DNA from: Bdellovibrionales bacterium
GTDB taxonomy: Bacteria; Bdellovibrionota; Bdellovibrionia; Bdellovibrionales; UBA1609
Assembly: GCA_050246815.1 (NCBI GenBank)
Contig: JBFWVI010000018.1
Coordinates: 1-58,354, forward strand
DNA: 58,354 nucleotides
Direction: 5' to 3'
This document shows positions 28,992 to 39,800 of the stretch, piece after piece. Within the stretch, counting starts at the first letter, position 1, and every line of letters starts with the position of its first letter. The notes under the pieces were generated by a model, which saw only the letters and a program-made list of their open reading frames with translations, was not told the DNA's origin and searched no databases. Both the position numbers and the translations under genes were made by a program.

Positions 28992-30480
28992 GGACAAGCC
29001 TTGGGAGCCCGCAGAAGCAAAGCACTTAGAACCAAAGTTGCCATTGTTTCGAGAGATGCCGCCTGCCAAGCCATATCCGCTTTCGGCATTAGGGGGCCTG
29101 TTACAGTCAACGGCGATGACAATGAAAGAAGCCATTCAAGCGCCTGATGCGCTTTATGGTCAAAGTCTTCTCGGAGCCGCGTCACTCGCCGTTCAAGGGC
29201 ACGCGGACGTTTTCATAGATGGCCGCACTTTTCCCATATCTCTTTATCTGCTTTCGATCGGCGTGTCCGGCGAGCGAAAATCATCAGTCGATAGAGTGGC
29301 ACTCGTTCCGCATCTGAAAATTGAAAAGCTTCGTATGGCTGTATACGAAGAGAAAATGCAGCGATATGTAAACCGACATCAGGCATGGGAAGAGGCGCGA
29401 CGACAAGCTCTATCCAAAAGATCGCGAAAGGGCGATCCTACTTTAACGGTCGAGCAATGCGAAAATAAATTGCAAGCCGTCGGCCCAAAACCGCAAAAAC
29501 CGCTGACACAAATGCTCCTTATCGACGAGCCGACATTCGAGGGCCTACAAAAAATGCTGCTAGAAGGTCAGCCGAGCGTTGGTCTATTTTCTGACGAGGG
29601 TGGCCGTATGTTCGGCGGTCACGCCATGAATTCTGACAACCAACTCAAGACAATCTCCGGGTTTAGCAAATTTTGGGATGGATCGGCGGTGCCGCGTGTG
29701 CGGTCCGGTGACGGCGCAACGAAGATATACGGCAAACGTCTTTCGCTGCATCTCATGATTCAACCCGGAATTGCCGCCCAAGTTACAAACAATCCCGTTC
29801 TAATTGACCAAGGTTTTTTATCGCGTTGTTTGATCGCGCACCCCGAATCAACGGTCGGAAGTCGATTGTACAAAGACATCGACATTTCTGAAGCTCCAGA
29901 AATTGTCCGATATATCGAAACGATGACAAAGCTATTGAACGTTGAAATGCCGATGTTGAAAGACAAGACGAATGAACTAAATCCACGTCAAATTATGCTT
30001 GCGTCGAACGCGAAAAATTTATGGGTCTTATTTCATAATTGCGTTGAAGAACAGATGGCCGACGGTGGGCACTATGCTAACATTCGAGGTTTTGCATCGA
30101 AGGCAGCGGAGAACGCTTTAAGAATTGCTGCCGTACTCGCACTGATTGAAACACCCGATGCTCCTGAAATTTCTTCGTCTCAAATCGAATCGGGAATAGA
30201 GCTTGCTGATTTCTACCTCTCTGAAGCAGTTCGTATTCATGAAGCGGCAATACTAAATCCTGATCTGTATCTCGCTCAAAAACTATCAGGCTGGTGTCAA
30301 AGATATGATGTGGTTCATCCCACTTTTATTTATCAGTACGGTCCAAACGCAATAAGAGATAAAGCTATCGCACAAAAACTTATAAAGATTTTGGAGGAAC
30401 ACGCGCACTTAAAACGAATTCCTGACGGCAAGAAAATTGACGGCAAATGGCGCTCCGATGCATGGGAAGTTGTCAAATGA
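28981..30480 (+). CDS. DUF3987/YfjI-family replication protein
   Basis: SGERKS, T.EGL, FSDEGG, WDG, IQP and GFLSRCL motifs. Confidence 0.85.
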   Translation: MSDKDKPWEPAEAKHLEPKLPLFREMPPAKPYPLSALGGLLQSTAMTMKEAIQAPDALYGQSLLGAASLAVQGHADVFIDGRTFPISLYLLSIGVSGERKSSVDRVALVPHLKIEKLRMAVYEEKMQRYVNRHQAWEEARRQALSKRSRKGDPTLTVEQCENKLQAVGPKPQKPLTQMLLIDEPTFEGLQKMLLEGQPSVGLFSDEGGRMFGGHAMNSDNQLKTISGFSKFWDGSAVPRVRSGDGATKIYGKRLSLHLMIQPGIAAQVTNNPVLIDQGFLSRCLIAHPESTVGSRLYKDIDISEAPEIVRYIETMTKLLNVEMPMLKDKTNELNPRQIMLASNAKNLWVLFHNCVEEQMADGGHYANIRGFASKAAENALRIAAVLALIETPDAPEISSSQIESGIELADFYLSEAVRIHEAAILNPDLYLAQKLSGWCQRYDVVHPTFIYQYGPNAIRDKAIAQKLIKILEEHAHLKRIPDGKKIDGKWRSDAWEVVK

Positions 30481-30703
30481 ACGCCACCGCATCGCTAGTT
30501 CTGCTATTCCCGCTATCTTTTGACGTTAGTTTAGCAACAATCGCGGGAATAGCAACCTCTCGCCGCTGCCGAAAACTATTGGTAGATTATCCGAGCGCTA
30601 CACAAATCTGCGATTTTCCAACCGCTTTTTTAGGCACTCGCGCACCTTTACCTAGAGAGACTTACGGAACGCTGTTAAAGCCTAATCACGAATCGGGTCC
30701 GCT

Positions 30704-30973
30704 ATGCTGCCTTTAACTAACCTAAGACTCGTTGCATGCGGTCTGGTGAGCGTGAAGGCACTGGCCGGCCAATACGGAATCGCAAAGAGCACCTTGTATG
30801 AGCTGATTAAGTCGGACCCAAATTTTCCGTACAAGAATGTTGGATTAAAGAAGAAGTTCATGATCGATGTGGCTGAATTTGAATCATGGCTGACCATGCG
30901 AACGCAAAAGCAAAAGGGGGAAGCGTTCAATTTACCACCTGCAGATGAACTCTTAAGGAGACCGAGAAAATGA
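30704..30973 (+). CDS. Excisionase-like HTH protein (element 2)
   Basis: Homologous to the 18032 ORF (PNFPYKNVGLKKKFMID); overlaps the integrase start. Confidence 0.78.
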   Translation: MLPLTNLRLVACGLVSVKALAGQYGIAKSTLYELIKSDPNFPYKNVGLKKKFMIDVAEFESWLTMRTQKQKGEAFNLPPADELLRRPRK

Positions 30974-32004
30974 GAGCTTTAAAATTTGGCGTCTATCCAA
31001 TTCAAGGCGGCCGCTTTGAAGCCTCTTACATTAACCCGGTCACAAATAAGCGTCGCCGCCATAAGTTCGACAAGCAAAAGGATGCGGTTAAGTTCAAAGA
31101 AAGTATTGAACGCCAGCTGGTAACCAAGAATTATGGGTACTTTCATGATACATATGTTGGCCAGCTCATAGACAAGCATTTAAAAGATTACCCCGAATCA
31201 AAGCTACGGGATCGGCAAAATGTTTTCACGTCTTTTTACAACGAGTTTTCTCGCTACAAAATGAGCGCACTCACGCACTACCCGCTAAAGGCGTGGTTTG
31301 ATAAAATTCGGGAGCAAAATAACTACTCCGAGCGAACTCTTAATACCATCAAGTCCCAAATAAATTGGCTTTTTCGTTCACTGATTGATGAGGGATTAAT
31401 CGAAGAATCTCCACTTAGAAAAATTAAATTTAAACGCATTGTTCCGCCTCGCCGACCACGAGTAATTTTGTCAGTCGATGAAGTGAATCAAGTTCTTAAA
31501 AACGCCAAGATGTTTTCGCTTGATGGTCTTTATCCTTACCTTGCAGCTGTGGCCCATACCGGCGCCCGTCGTAGTGAGATCTTGCGCCTTACAAAAGCGG
31601 ATATTGATTTCGCCACCAATCTTATCCAAATCAGAAGATCAAAGAATGGGCGTGAGCGCTTCATTCGCATGTCGCCCACACTTGAACGTGTCTTAAAAGA
31701 GCGTGTGCAAAATCAGGCTGGCGACAACCTCTTTACCAATGAACATGGCACAAAGCTGGATTCAAATAAGGAACTCACACGCATCATGAATAAATTTAAG
31801 GCGTTCTTTCCAATCGAAAAAGATTGGGGCTGTCATGCTTTAAGGCATTCATTCGCCAGAAACTTTCTGATGCAAGGGCGGCAAATGTACCAACTTCAGG
31901 CAATTTTGGGACATCGAAGCATCGATGTGACCGTTGATCTATATGGCCAGCTTGAAGCTCAGTGCATTTCTTGTCCATCACCTTATGAAGTGGAAACCGA
32001 ATAA
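30970..32004 (+). CDS. Tyrosine recombinase A (element 2)
   Basis: TGARRSE, KNGRER, HALRHSFA and LGHRSIDVT.DLY motifs; colinear with the 18412 protein. Confidence 0.93.
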   Translation: MRALKFGVYPIQGGRFEASYINPVTNKRRRHKFDKQKDAVKFKESIERQLVTKNYGYFHDTYVGQLIDKHLKDYPESKLRDRQNVFTSFYNEFSRYKMSALTHYPLKAWFDKIREQNNYSERTLNTIKSQINWLFRSLIDEGLIEESPLRKIKFKRIVPPRRPRVILSVDEVNQVLKNAKMFSLDGLYPYLAAVAHTGARRSEILRLTKADIDFATNLIQIRRSKNGRERFIRMSPTLERVLKERVQNQAGDNLFTNEHGTKLDSNKELTRIMNKFKAFFPIEKDWGCHALRHSFARNFLMQGRQMYQLQAILGHRSIDVTVDLYGQLEAQCISCPSPYEVETE

Positions 32005-32985
32005 ATGGCCGTTCAAGTGAACACTTGCATGTTAAAAGATGGGACAATGTTGGCTAGCTACACCCATCCGCTAACGAAAAGAAAGGTACGTCGAACATTT
32101 GCATCAGTTCTTCAGGCCAATGAATACAAATTAAAAATCGAGAACCAGTTTTGTGCGGCCGATCTTACCAGCTACTGCAATATGACTTTGGAAGAGTTAA
32201 TGGTTTTATTCCTCAGCGAAAAACCAACAAGTACATTCTTCAAACTGCGCATGCACCTCATCGACTTCACTGAAACCTTTGGCCACATGTTCGTTTACAA
32301 CATAACCCCCGACATGCTTCGCAACTGGCTTGATCAAGTCCAGCAGGAAAACAAGCTCACCGATATGAGTATGCGGAGCTTAAAATGCACATTGGATCGC
32401 TTGTTTGATTTCCTAATCGAGAAAGAAATCATCTCCGAATCGCCATTAAGAGAAATCTACTATCGGAAAACGCCAGCAGACGCCATTACCCGTAATCATT
32501 TACCATCGCATGAGATTGAAAAGCTGCTTGAGGCCATTAAGAAATATTCACCAGGCTACCTTTACCCCATTATCAAGTTGTTCTCAGAAACAGGCGCAAA
32601 GGTCACTGAAGTTGTCGAGCTTAAATGGAGCCAAGTCGACTGCGTAAAACGCTCAATACGCCTCGAGGGCACCGACCGTAGCCAGCCCCGTCTTGTGCCT
32701 ATCTCTGAAGAACTGGCGACACTCTTATCAAAAGCTCAGCGTGAAACCGGCGTGGTGTTTAAGACTTTTTATCGTGAGCACTTCACTCGCGTAAAACTAA
32801 CCCGAGCAATAAATGAATTCAAAGCGCGTGGATTATATCGGCGCAACTGGAACCTACTAGACCTGCGCCACTCCTTTGGAGTTAATTTTCTTGCTAATGG
32901 CGGCAATCTACGCGATTTGCAGGCGCAGATGGGTCACGGCAACATCTTCGAGACAAAACGCATCTACGGCGATATTACGAAGTAA
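32005..32985 (+). CDS. Tyrosine recombinase B (element 2), altered catalytic motifs
   Basis: TGAKVTE, LDLRHSFG, MGH.N...TKRIY; colinear with the 19456 protein. Confidence 0.88.
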   Translation: MAVQVNTCMLKDGTMLASYTHPLTKRKVRRTFASVLQANEYKLKIENQFCAADLTSYCNMTLEELMVLFLSEKPTSTFFKLRMHLIDFTETFGHMFVYNITPDMLRNWLDQVQQENKLTDMSMRSLKCTLDRLFDFLIEKEIISESPLREIYYRKTPADAITRNHLPSHEIEKLLEAIKKYSPGYLYPIIKLFSETGAKVTEVVELKWSQVDCVKRSIRLEGTDRSQPRLVPISEELATLLSKAQRETGVVFKTFYREHFTRVKLTRAINEFKARGLYRRNWNLLDLRHSFGVNFLANGGNLRDLQAQMGHGNIFETKRIYGDITK

Positions 32986-33017
32986 TAGAGCCTCATGGAT
33001 AAGCTGTGATTCCCAGC

Positions 33018-33386
33018 CTATACCTTTCTACTTCCCTTGCATCCAGTAATCTGAAAATTAATACAGCCCCAAAATGGTTTCCATTTTTGCCCAGCTTTTG
33101 GCTTTTTTAATTTCATTGGCCCATTGCATTCAGGACATTGCAATGTTGAATCGGTCTTTAAATATTTAACCGGACCTGATTTGGAAATAATCTCGGCACG
33201 CTCTTTTCGATCTGCCTCACGACGCTCAAGTTTATTCCGCTTACGCTTCAATAAGGTATTTTTGCCGGAAACAAAACCCATAAACTTTGCCTCCATTAAG
33301 ATCTGCGTTCTTGATCCATCGGATCTTTCATCATCAACAATGACTGCACTTTTGCAGTGATTTTTGTTGATATGCAAAGATCCCAA
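33018..33386 (-). CDS. Protein with a topoisomerase-type C4 zinc finger
   Basis: CPECNGPM.LK......FWGC.NF...C; start uncertain. Confidence 0.7.
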   Translation of the reverse strand: MGSLHINKNHCKSAVIVDDERSDGSRTQILMEAKFMGFVSGKNTLLKRKRNKLERREADRKERAEIISKSGPVKYLKTDSTLQCPECNGPMKLKKPKAGQKWKPFWGCINFQITGCKGSRKV

Positions 33387-33427
33387 TCCTATTTTTATCC
33401 AAATTTTCCGAACTATTTGAATTTTTA

Positions 33428-33447
33428 TGGCACGATTTAGGCACGAT
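33428..33447 (+). repeat. Tandem GGCACGA site abutting immunity gene 3
   Basis: TGGCACGATTTAGGCACGAT, 11-bp period, 3 bp from the stop codon. Confidence 0.82.
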
Positions 33448-33450
33448 CAT

Positions 33451-33810
33451 TTAGCTCAGATGTTTTTTAATAAACTCGTTCCACGTTATTGGGCCCAATT
33501 TACGCCGTTGGTAGGAATGAAAAATAGCTGCGACGAGTCCGAAGAAAATGCCGCACACAATACTAGGTATTGCTATTTGATTGAGGGCGCGATCACTCCA
33601 TGCCGTAAAATGCATGAACGTCCCCCAAGAAACTCCAAAAAAAACAGCCGCCAATAGCCCATGAACCCATGCTGACCAGAAAATTGCTGGGGGAACCTCA
33701 ATTCCCATTTTCTCAATAAGCCATTCATGAGGCGCGGGGCTTGTGGTTTTGGACCAGCCCTTATTCTTAGAGTACTCTCGCCAACGGCTTATACTGTCAG
33801 AGTGGCCCAT
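33451..33810 (-). CDS. DUF6404-like two-TM protein, probable immunity protein for the active tip
   Basis: MGI.VPP..F.S, FFG..WG.FM and Y.RRKLG...W pattern; directly after the Rhs gene. Confidence 0.7.
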   Translation of the reverse strand: MGHSDSISRWREYSKNKGWSKTTSPAPHEWLIEKMGIEVPPAIFWSAWVHGLLAAVFFGVSWGTFMHFTAWSDRALNQIAIPSIVCGIFFGLVAAIFHSYQRRKLGPITWNEFIKKHLS

Positions 33811-33878
33811 TGATTTTCTGCTCCTTCATATAACTTATAATAAGTTTAACTCAATACTTCTCAACTGTTAACTCATAT

Positions 33879-36800
33879 TCATCTGCACATAGGTGGCTGT
33901 TCGATTCGCGGCGATTGAAAGTATGGAGGCAGAGATTGCGGCCGCGACAAAGGTGGCTCCGAACCATACGCCGGAGGGATAAAGCCTCCGACATGAGGCC
34001 CAAGTACGCCTCCTATGGTTCCACCAATGAGCACTCCTGCTATCGCTCCGGCCCCTGTACCAAATCCGGGGTTAATATAGGTGCCGTAATAAGCACCATA
34101 AGCGCCGCCGCCAATTGCGCCACCAACAATGCCTGCGATTTGATCGCCAGTTAAAAATAATCCTGTCGGATCAATGAAGTTGATTGGGTCATTTAATACG
34201 TAGCCATAAAGGTTGGTGTCGCCACCACCAAACAGAATCGGATCTTTACTAATCCATCTTCCTATTTCTGGATCATAATCCCGAGCACCTAAGCGTAAAA
34301 GTTTGGTTCCTGGATCATACAATCCCCCCGCAAACCCAAACGGCTGGAAGCCCGGGCTCGTGTCCATCGTCACGTTGCCCCACTCGTCGTAATCCATAGC
34401 CTGAGCGATAGCGCCCGTCGTAGCGTTGATCACTAGACGAGGGCTGCCCAGATGATCCGTGATAATTCGGTAACGGATGCCTGACCTGATCATCATATCA
34501 GGCGCATTGCCCTTAGAGGCGTAACCGAACATCGAAATAATATTGCCCGAACCATCTAGCTCGGCAAGCGGACGAAGCTGATCGATGTAAAGCCAACTGC
34601 GCTCCATCACGCCGTTTACAACACGAGCCACTCTGCGGTTTAGACCATCGTACTTGTATAAAATCACAGTGCCGCTGGGTAAAGTCACCGACTTCAAATT
34701 GCCGAAGGCATCGAAGCTGTTACTGGTCACTTGACCTGTCAAGGTATTCACTTTGCTTTGCTGCTCGCCATTCGTGTTAAATCCATACGTGATTGCCCCA
34801 AATGAAACTATCCTGTCTTGGGAGTCGTAAGTCGCCGCCATTCCATTAATGGATGTACGGTTTGAGTTGGCATCGTAAGCATAGCTGCCAACCACGGCGC
34901 CGTTGCGCATCACCTGCGTCAACCTGCCCGTGCGATCATAGGTGTAATCAAATGTATTCGAAGCCCCACCCATAAAACTTTCTACTTTGCGTGAAAGGCG
35001 GCCCAAATTGTCACGAGTGTAAGTGATATTTAAACTGGGCGCGGAATAGCTGATGATCTCACCAAAACTATTGTGACCGTAGGTGTCGCTGACCGAGCCC
35101 AATGCGGATCCGGTGATCAAACCATTGGCCGTATTTCGCGTCAGATTCAACTGATCCACGCGGATCAATTCCTCATCTAAACTGTAACCCAGATCCATGG
35201 CGTGGTTATCATCGTTATTTAAAGTGTATCGACCATGGTGAAGTTCGCGGTTAAAGTCGATGCGGATGTTGCCCACCACGTCGCCGCTCCAGGTGTAGCC
35301 CCACGGAATCGCATAGGGGTTTAGCGACACAAACAAGTTCACATTGTCCGCTGAAGCATTGGCGGTTTCGATGCGCTTTTGATTGTATGAAAAACTTAGT
35401 GATTCGCCGGTTGAAGCCAGCACGCCCGTCAACAAGGCCCCTTGCGCGTAGGCATAATCCAACACTTTACCGTCGGGACGGATGGCCCGAGTGACTTGAC
35501 GATCTAAGTTGTAATTATAAACTGTGCTCACGGTTATACCGCCACCCAGCAGGGGCGGCAGGTATTCACTTGGCTCATCTGCCACGTTATAATTAAAACC
35601 ATGCACCGGACGGCCCGGCGGCGTCACGCCGGTCAGATTACCATTGTTGTCATAGTTAAAACCAATCACCCGGCCGTCATCCAGAATCTGTTCGACCACG
35701 CGGCCCGAAAGATCATAGTTAAACGACGTCACCTGATTTAAAGAATTGGTGATCGAGCGTAAAAATCCTTGGGCATTGTAGGTGAAGCTTGAAAACCTTG
35801 CCCCCTGCTGTTGGTTGATCAAACGGCCACGAGGGTCGTAATCCATCGACACTGGTGTTAACCCGCCGAATTGAATCTGCACGGGCTGCTGTTGCGGGCT
35901 ATAGACCACACTTAAAACACGATTCAACGGCGTTTGCAGCGTTTCTGTGCGCACCGATGAATCGTAGGTCTGGTGATAGGTGCGCGGAACGTTGCTGACT
36001 TGACTTTCTAAGGTCAAAGAGTCCGCTTGAACGTAATTAAATAAACTCAGTGGCTGAGGGTAAGTGACTTGCCGGGTTTGCGTGCTAAAACGCACAAAGC
36101 CAGTTTGAATCTGCAAGGATTGATTTTGGTTGAACGCCGCGCTTAAACCAAAACGCGGGTCTTCGGTGGGAACAGAGGTGGTGCGCAGCCCGCTGCCGAC
36201 AGAAGCGATTCGTGTTCCATCACTGCCAATTGTGTGCTCTTCAATAAAGCCATCAGGGTGCACACGAGAAATCAGTTGCTGCCCCGAACCCACTAAAGGC
36301 TCGGTCACGTTTGAGGCGAACACACGGCCCTCTGCCGTAGTCTCTTGCACGGTGGACAAAAGGTTGATGGTGTCGAAGGTTTTTAAATATTCAAAGAACC
36401 CGCCAAAATCATTTTCGTCGCGGGTCAATTCACCTTTGGCATTGTAATAAAACCGCGAGGCATTGCCCTTGGGCTTCTTGAATTCCGCCAATAAACCCGA
36501 GGCATGATACTGCATTTCGTAGCGTTGGTTTTGAGGACTTGTCAACGCAGTCAACTGACCATTGCCGTTCACGCCCAAATTGGTCTCTTGGCCATCCGGC
36601 GCGGTTATGCGCGAGGGACGCCCCAAACTATCCCGCGTGATCACGGTCGCGGCGCCAAAAGCATCGCGCACTTGAATCAAAAAACCCCCGACGTCGTATT
36701 CAAAGCCATGCTTCACCGCGCCCGTGCGCGCGAAAAGCGTATTCAAGTGGCGACCGTTTTGGTCGAACTCGTAAAGCTCTTGGCCGTCTTCTGAAGCCAA

Positions 36801-39800
36801 ATAGATGCGATTGGCTTCTTCTAATGCCGCCATCGGTGAAATCCGGTACACCACGCGAGACTGACCATCGGCCACATAAATCGCGCCATCAGGCGCATAG
36901 GCGACGTCGCTGGTTTCGCCCATCGACAATTGCAGCGCATAACCATCCAGATTAAATTGGCCGTTACCGCTGATCGTGCGAATCAAACCTTCCGAGGTCA
37001 CCAATCGAATACGACGATTGCCCCGATCCGCAATGACCATATTGCCATCGGGTCCAAACGACAAACCCGTTGGCGTATCCAACAATGTCGTGGCCGCGCT
37101 GCCATTTTCGCGCAAAGCCCCGGCCACGCCCGTGCCCACCGCGCGTGTCAACACACCACCAGAATCCAACCGCTTAATCGAATGCCCACCCGCATCGCTG
37201 ATGAAAATATCGGTGCCGGGTAGCATGGCCACCGCATAAGGCGCTGATAACTGCGCATTCAAAGCCGGGCCACCGTTACCGCCATTGCCCGCAACGCCGG
37301 TGCCGGCGATGGTGGTCATGATGCCATTCACATCAATTTGACGAATACGATGATTGCCTGAATCGGCGATCAACAAACGCCCCTCGGTGGTCATAAACAC
37401 TCCCCGAGGAAAATTTAAAAGCGCGGCGGCGGCCGGGCCGCGATCCCCGCCAAAGCCCGCAGCGCCGGTGCCAGCGATGGTGCTGAGCACACCCAAAGGT
37501 GAGAGTCGGTGAATCACATGATTGGCGGTATCAGCAAAATAAAGCGAGCCATCCGGCCCCACACTGGGTTTGCCGGGCTGACCGATGTTTTGCACCACCG
37601 TGGTGACGATGCCCTGATTGTCGATTTTGCGAATACGGCCCGCATTGATATCCGAAACATACACAGCCCCATCGGGCCCTACGGTCAAGTAGGTGGGACG
37701 CATAAAGGTGGCCTCGCGGACTGGTCCGCCGTCACCGGTCGAGCCATTGGCACGACTGCGGTTCAAAGACTTCACCACCAAACCCAGTTCAGAAAAAAGA
37801 CGATGGCCGCCATCACCGGCATATAGATTTTTTGAAACCGGATCATAACTGTGATGAATACTTAAGTTCCAACCCGCTACGCCCTGGTTCAAATAGGCCG
37901 AGCTATTGCCTAGAACTTGAAGGTATGAACGGCTTATACGCCCTGCCTCACGGGCCGGCACCGAGCTGGGATTAAATCCCGCCAATGAGCCAAATAGCGG
38001 ATCGTTGCTAGGCAAGGCCAACAAATAATTGGCATCAAATAAGTAATCGATGGTGAAACGCGCCTGCACCGGATTTAAAACCGCTCGTCCATACGCATCT
38101 AGGCCATCCCATTCGAAGCGCGCGTTCAAAGTGGATTGGGGCGCAAAGCTTTGCGTGAACACGCGACCCGCCACTTCGCTTTTTAAGACGATTTCACGCA
38201 TGCCCGTCGTATTTAAATTGATGCCCAAATTCACATCGATGGCGTGGCGATTGCGCCAACCCGGGGAGCGGTCCGAGTTATAAACTAAATCAAAGGGCGC
38301 GCCGACCACGGGCAAAGATTCAGATAAAATCAAACTATCGCGATCAATGCGCGAGCCCCCACACTGATAGTTGGGCGCTTTGTTTCTTTCTGAAAAATTA
38401 AGCGGCCCCCGCGCCGGTGGTTCGCCCGGCAAAGACGACGCCGCACAATTTAGATCTTTGGGCGAAAACCGCGCATTGCGCATACGCCAGATGGCTTTGG
38501 GCGCCTGATAAAGATTGGCCAATTGAATTAATTCCGCCGTGGTGATGCCCAGTGCATCCAATTCTGTGGCGGTGGCCGGCTGGCCTGAGCCATTTAAATC
38601 CAAAACTGCTTGGCTGTTATTTTCACTCAAAATCTGGATCACTTGGCCGTTGGCTTCGGGCAACCACTGCCCCACGTCTGAATCATAAGTGCCCACTGGG
38701 ATGGCCACGCCGATCGGGAAATTTAAAAAATTATCCAGGTAAAATGAGACCGGCGCAGAAAATTCAACCGTCTTCGCACCCAAGGCCATGGCCTCATCCA
38801 CGCTCAGTTCCACGGCGTAAGTGTAGGCCGTGGTGGTGGGCAAAGGCGCCGGCATGCGCGACGACCCGCCGTCGCCCACCGTAAATTCAGTCGCCCGCAC
38901 GGTCATTTGCGCCAATGGGATTCGCGTCCCGCCCGGCAAAACCGCATCGGCCGTGGTGTTGGGCGCAAAATACATTCGTGGCTGACGCGCGCCAAATGCG
39001 TCCACGCTTTCTTCGCCCACCATCACTTGGGCACTGGCGGAATTGACTTGAATCAAGGCACTTTGTTGGCTTGGTTGAAGCAAGACCACATCGGGCAAGC
39101 TTGAATAATTTTGATAATCAGGCTGCACGCTTCGGTCCAGCGCAAAATAACCATCCAAAGAAAAATTCAAACTTAAAGGTCCACCACCGTTGACGGCCAA
39201 ATCATAAGCGCCGTCCGCACGCGACAGGGTTTGCCCCCACTCCGGATGACTTTTCACCCGCACTTGAACACCCGCTAGGGGCTGGCCGCTGCCGCGCAAA
39301 ACGCGACCACGCAAAACCGCCATACGCCGATCTTCAAGACTACCGCTGACCACGCCGGTTTGAATGGGGTTCGCTCCGGTAAACAAGAACCGATTGGCGT
39401 CGGCATAGCTGGTGGCCACCGTGGGCGATAGCATCGGCGCAACCGTGGCTGGATCGGGCGGCAATCCCACCGCTGTGACCGCAAGGCTTTTGGTGGTGGT
39501 GCCACTAAGCCCTTGCGAATCCGCCACCGTCAAGCGCACCGTAAAATTGCCGGCATTTTGAAACACATGGGTGGTCTGCACGCCCACGCCGCTTTGACCG
39601 TCACCAAAATCCCACACATAAGAGGCAATTGCGCCTTCGGCGTCGTTCGATTCGCCACCATCCAGCAGCACCATCAGGGGTGCCGTACCGCTTGAAGGAG
39701 TCAGGCTAAAACTCGCCGTCGGTGCGGTGTTGGCCTGCACGCCAATCGTGACCGAGGCTGAGTCAGAAAGGCCCATATTGTCGGTGACCGTCAGCGTGGC

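Larger units (their letters stand above)
23447..34279. mobile_element. Integrative element 2 (~10.8 kb, satellite-like) carrying the tip now fused to the Rhs gene, plus immunity
   Basis: Bounded by ATCATAAT at 23447 and 34272; xis plus two tyrosine recombinases, resolvase, primase and DUF3987-like genes. Confidence 0.75.

Noticed and set aside
10775..34279. Prophage or ICE
   Set aside because: No recognisable capsid, tail, large terminase, relaxase or T4SS genes.
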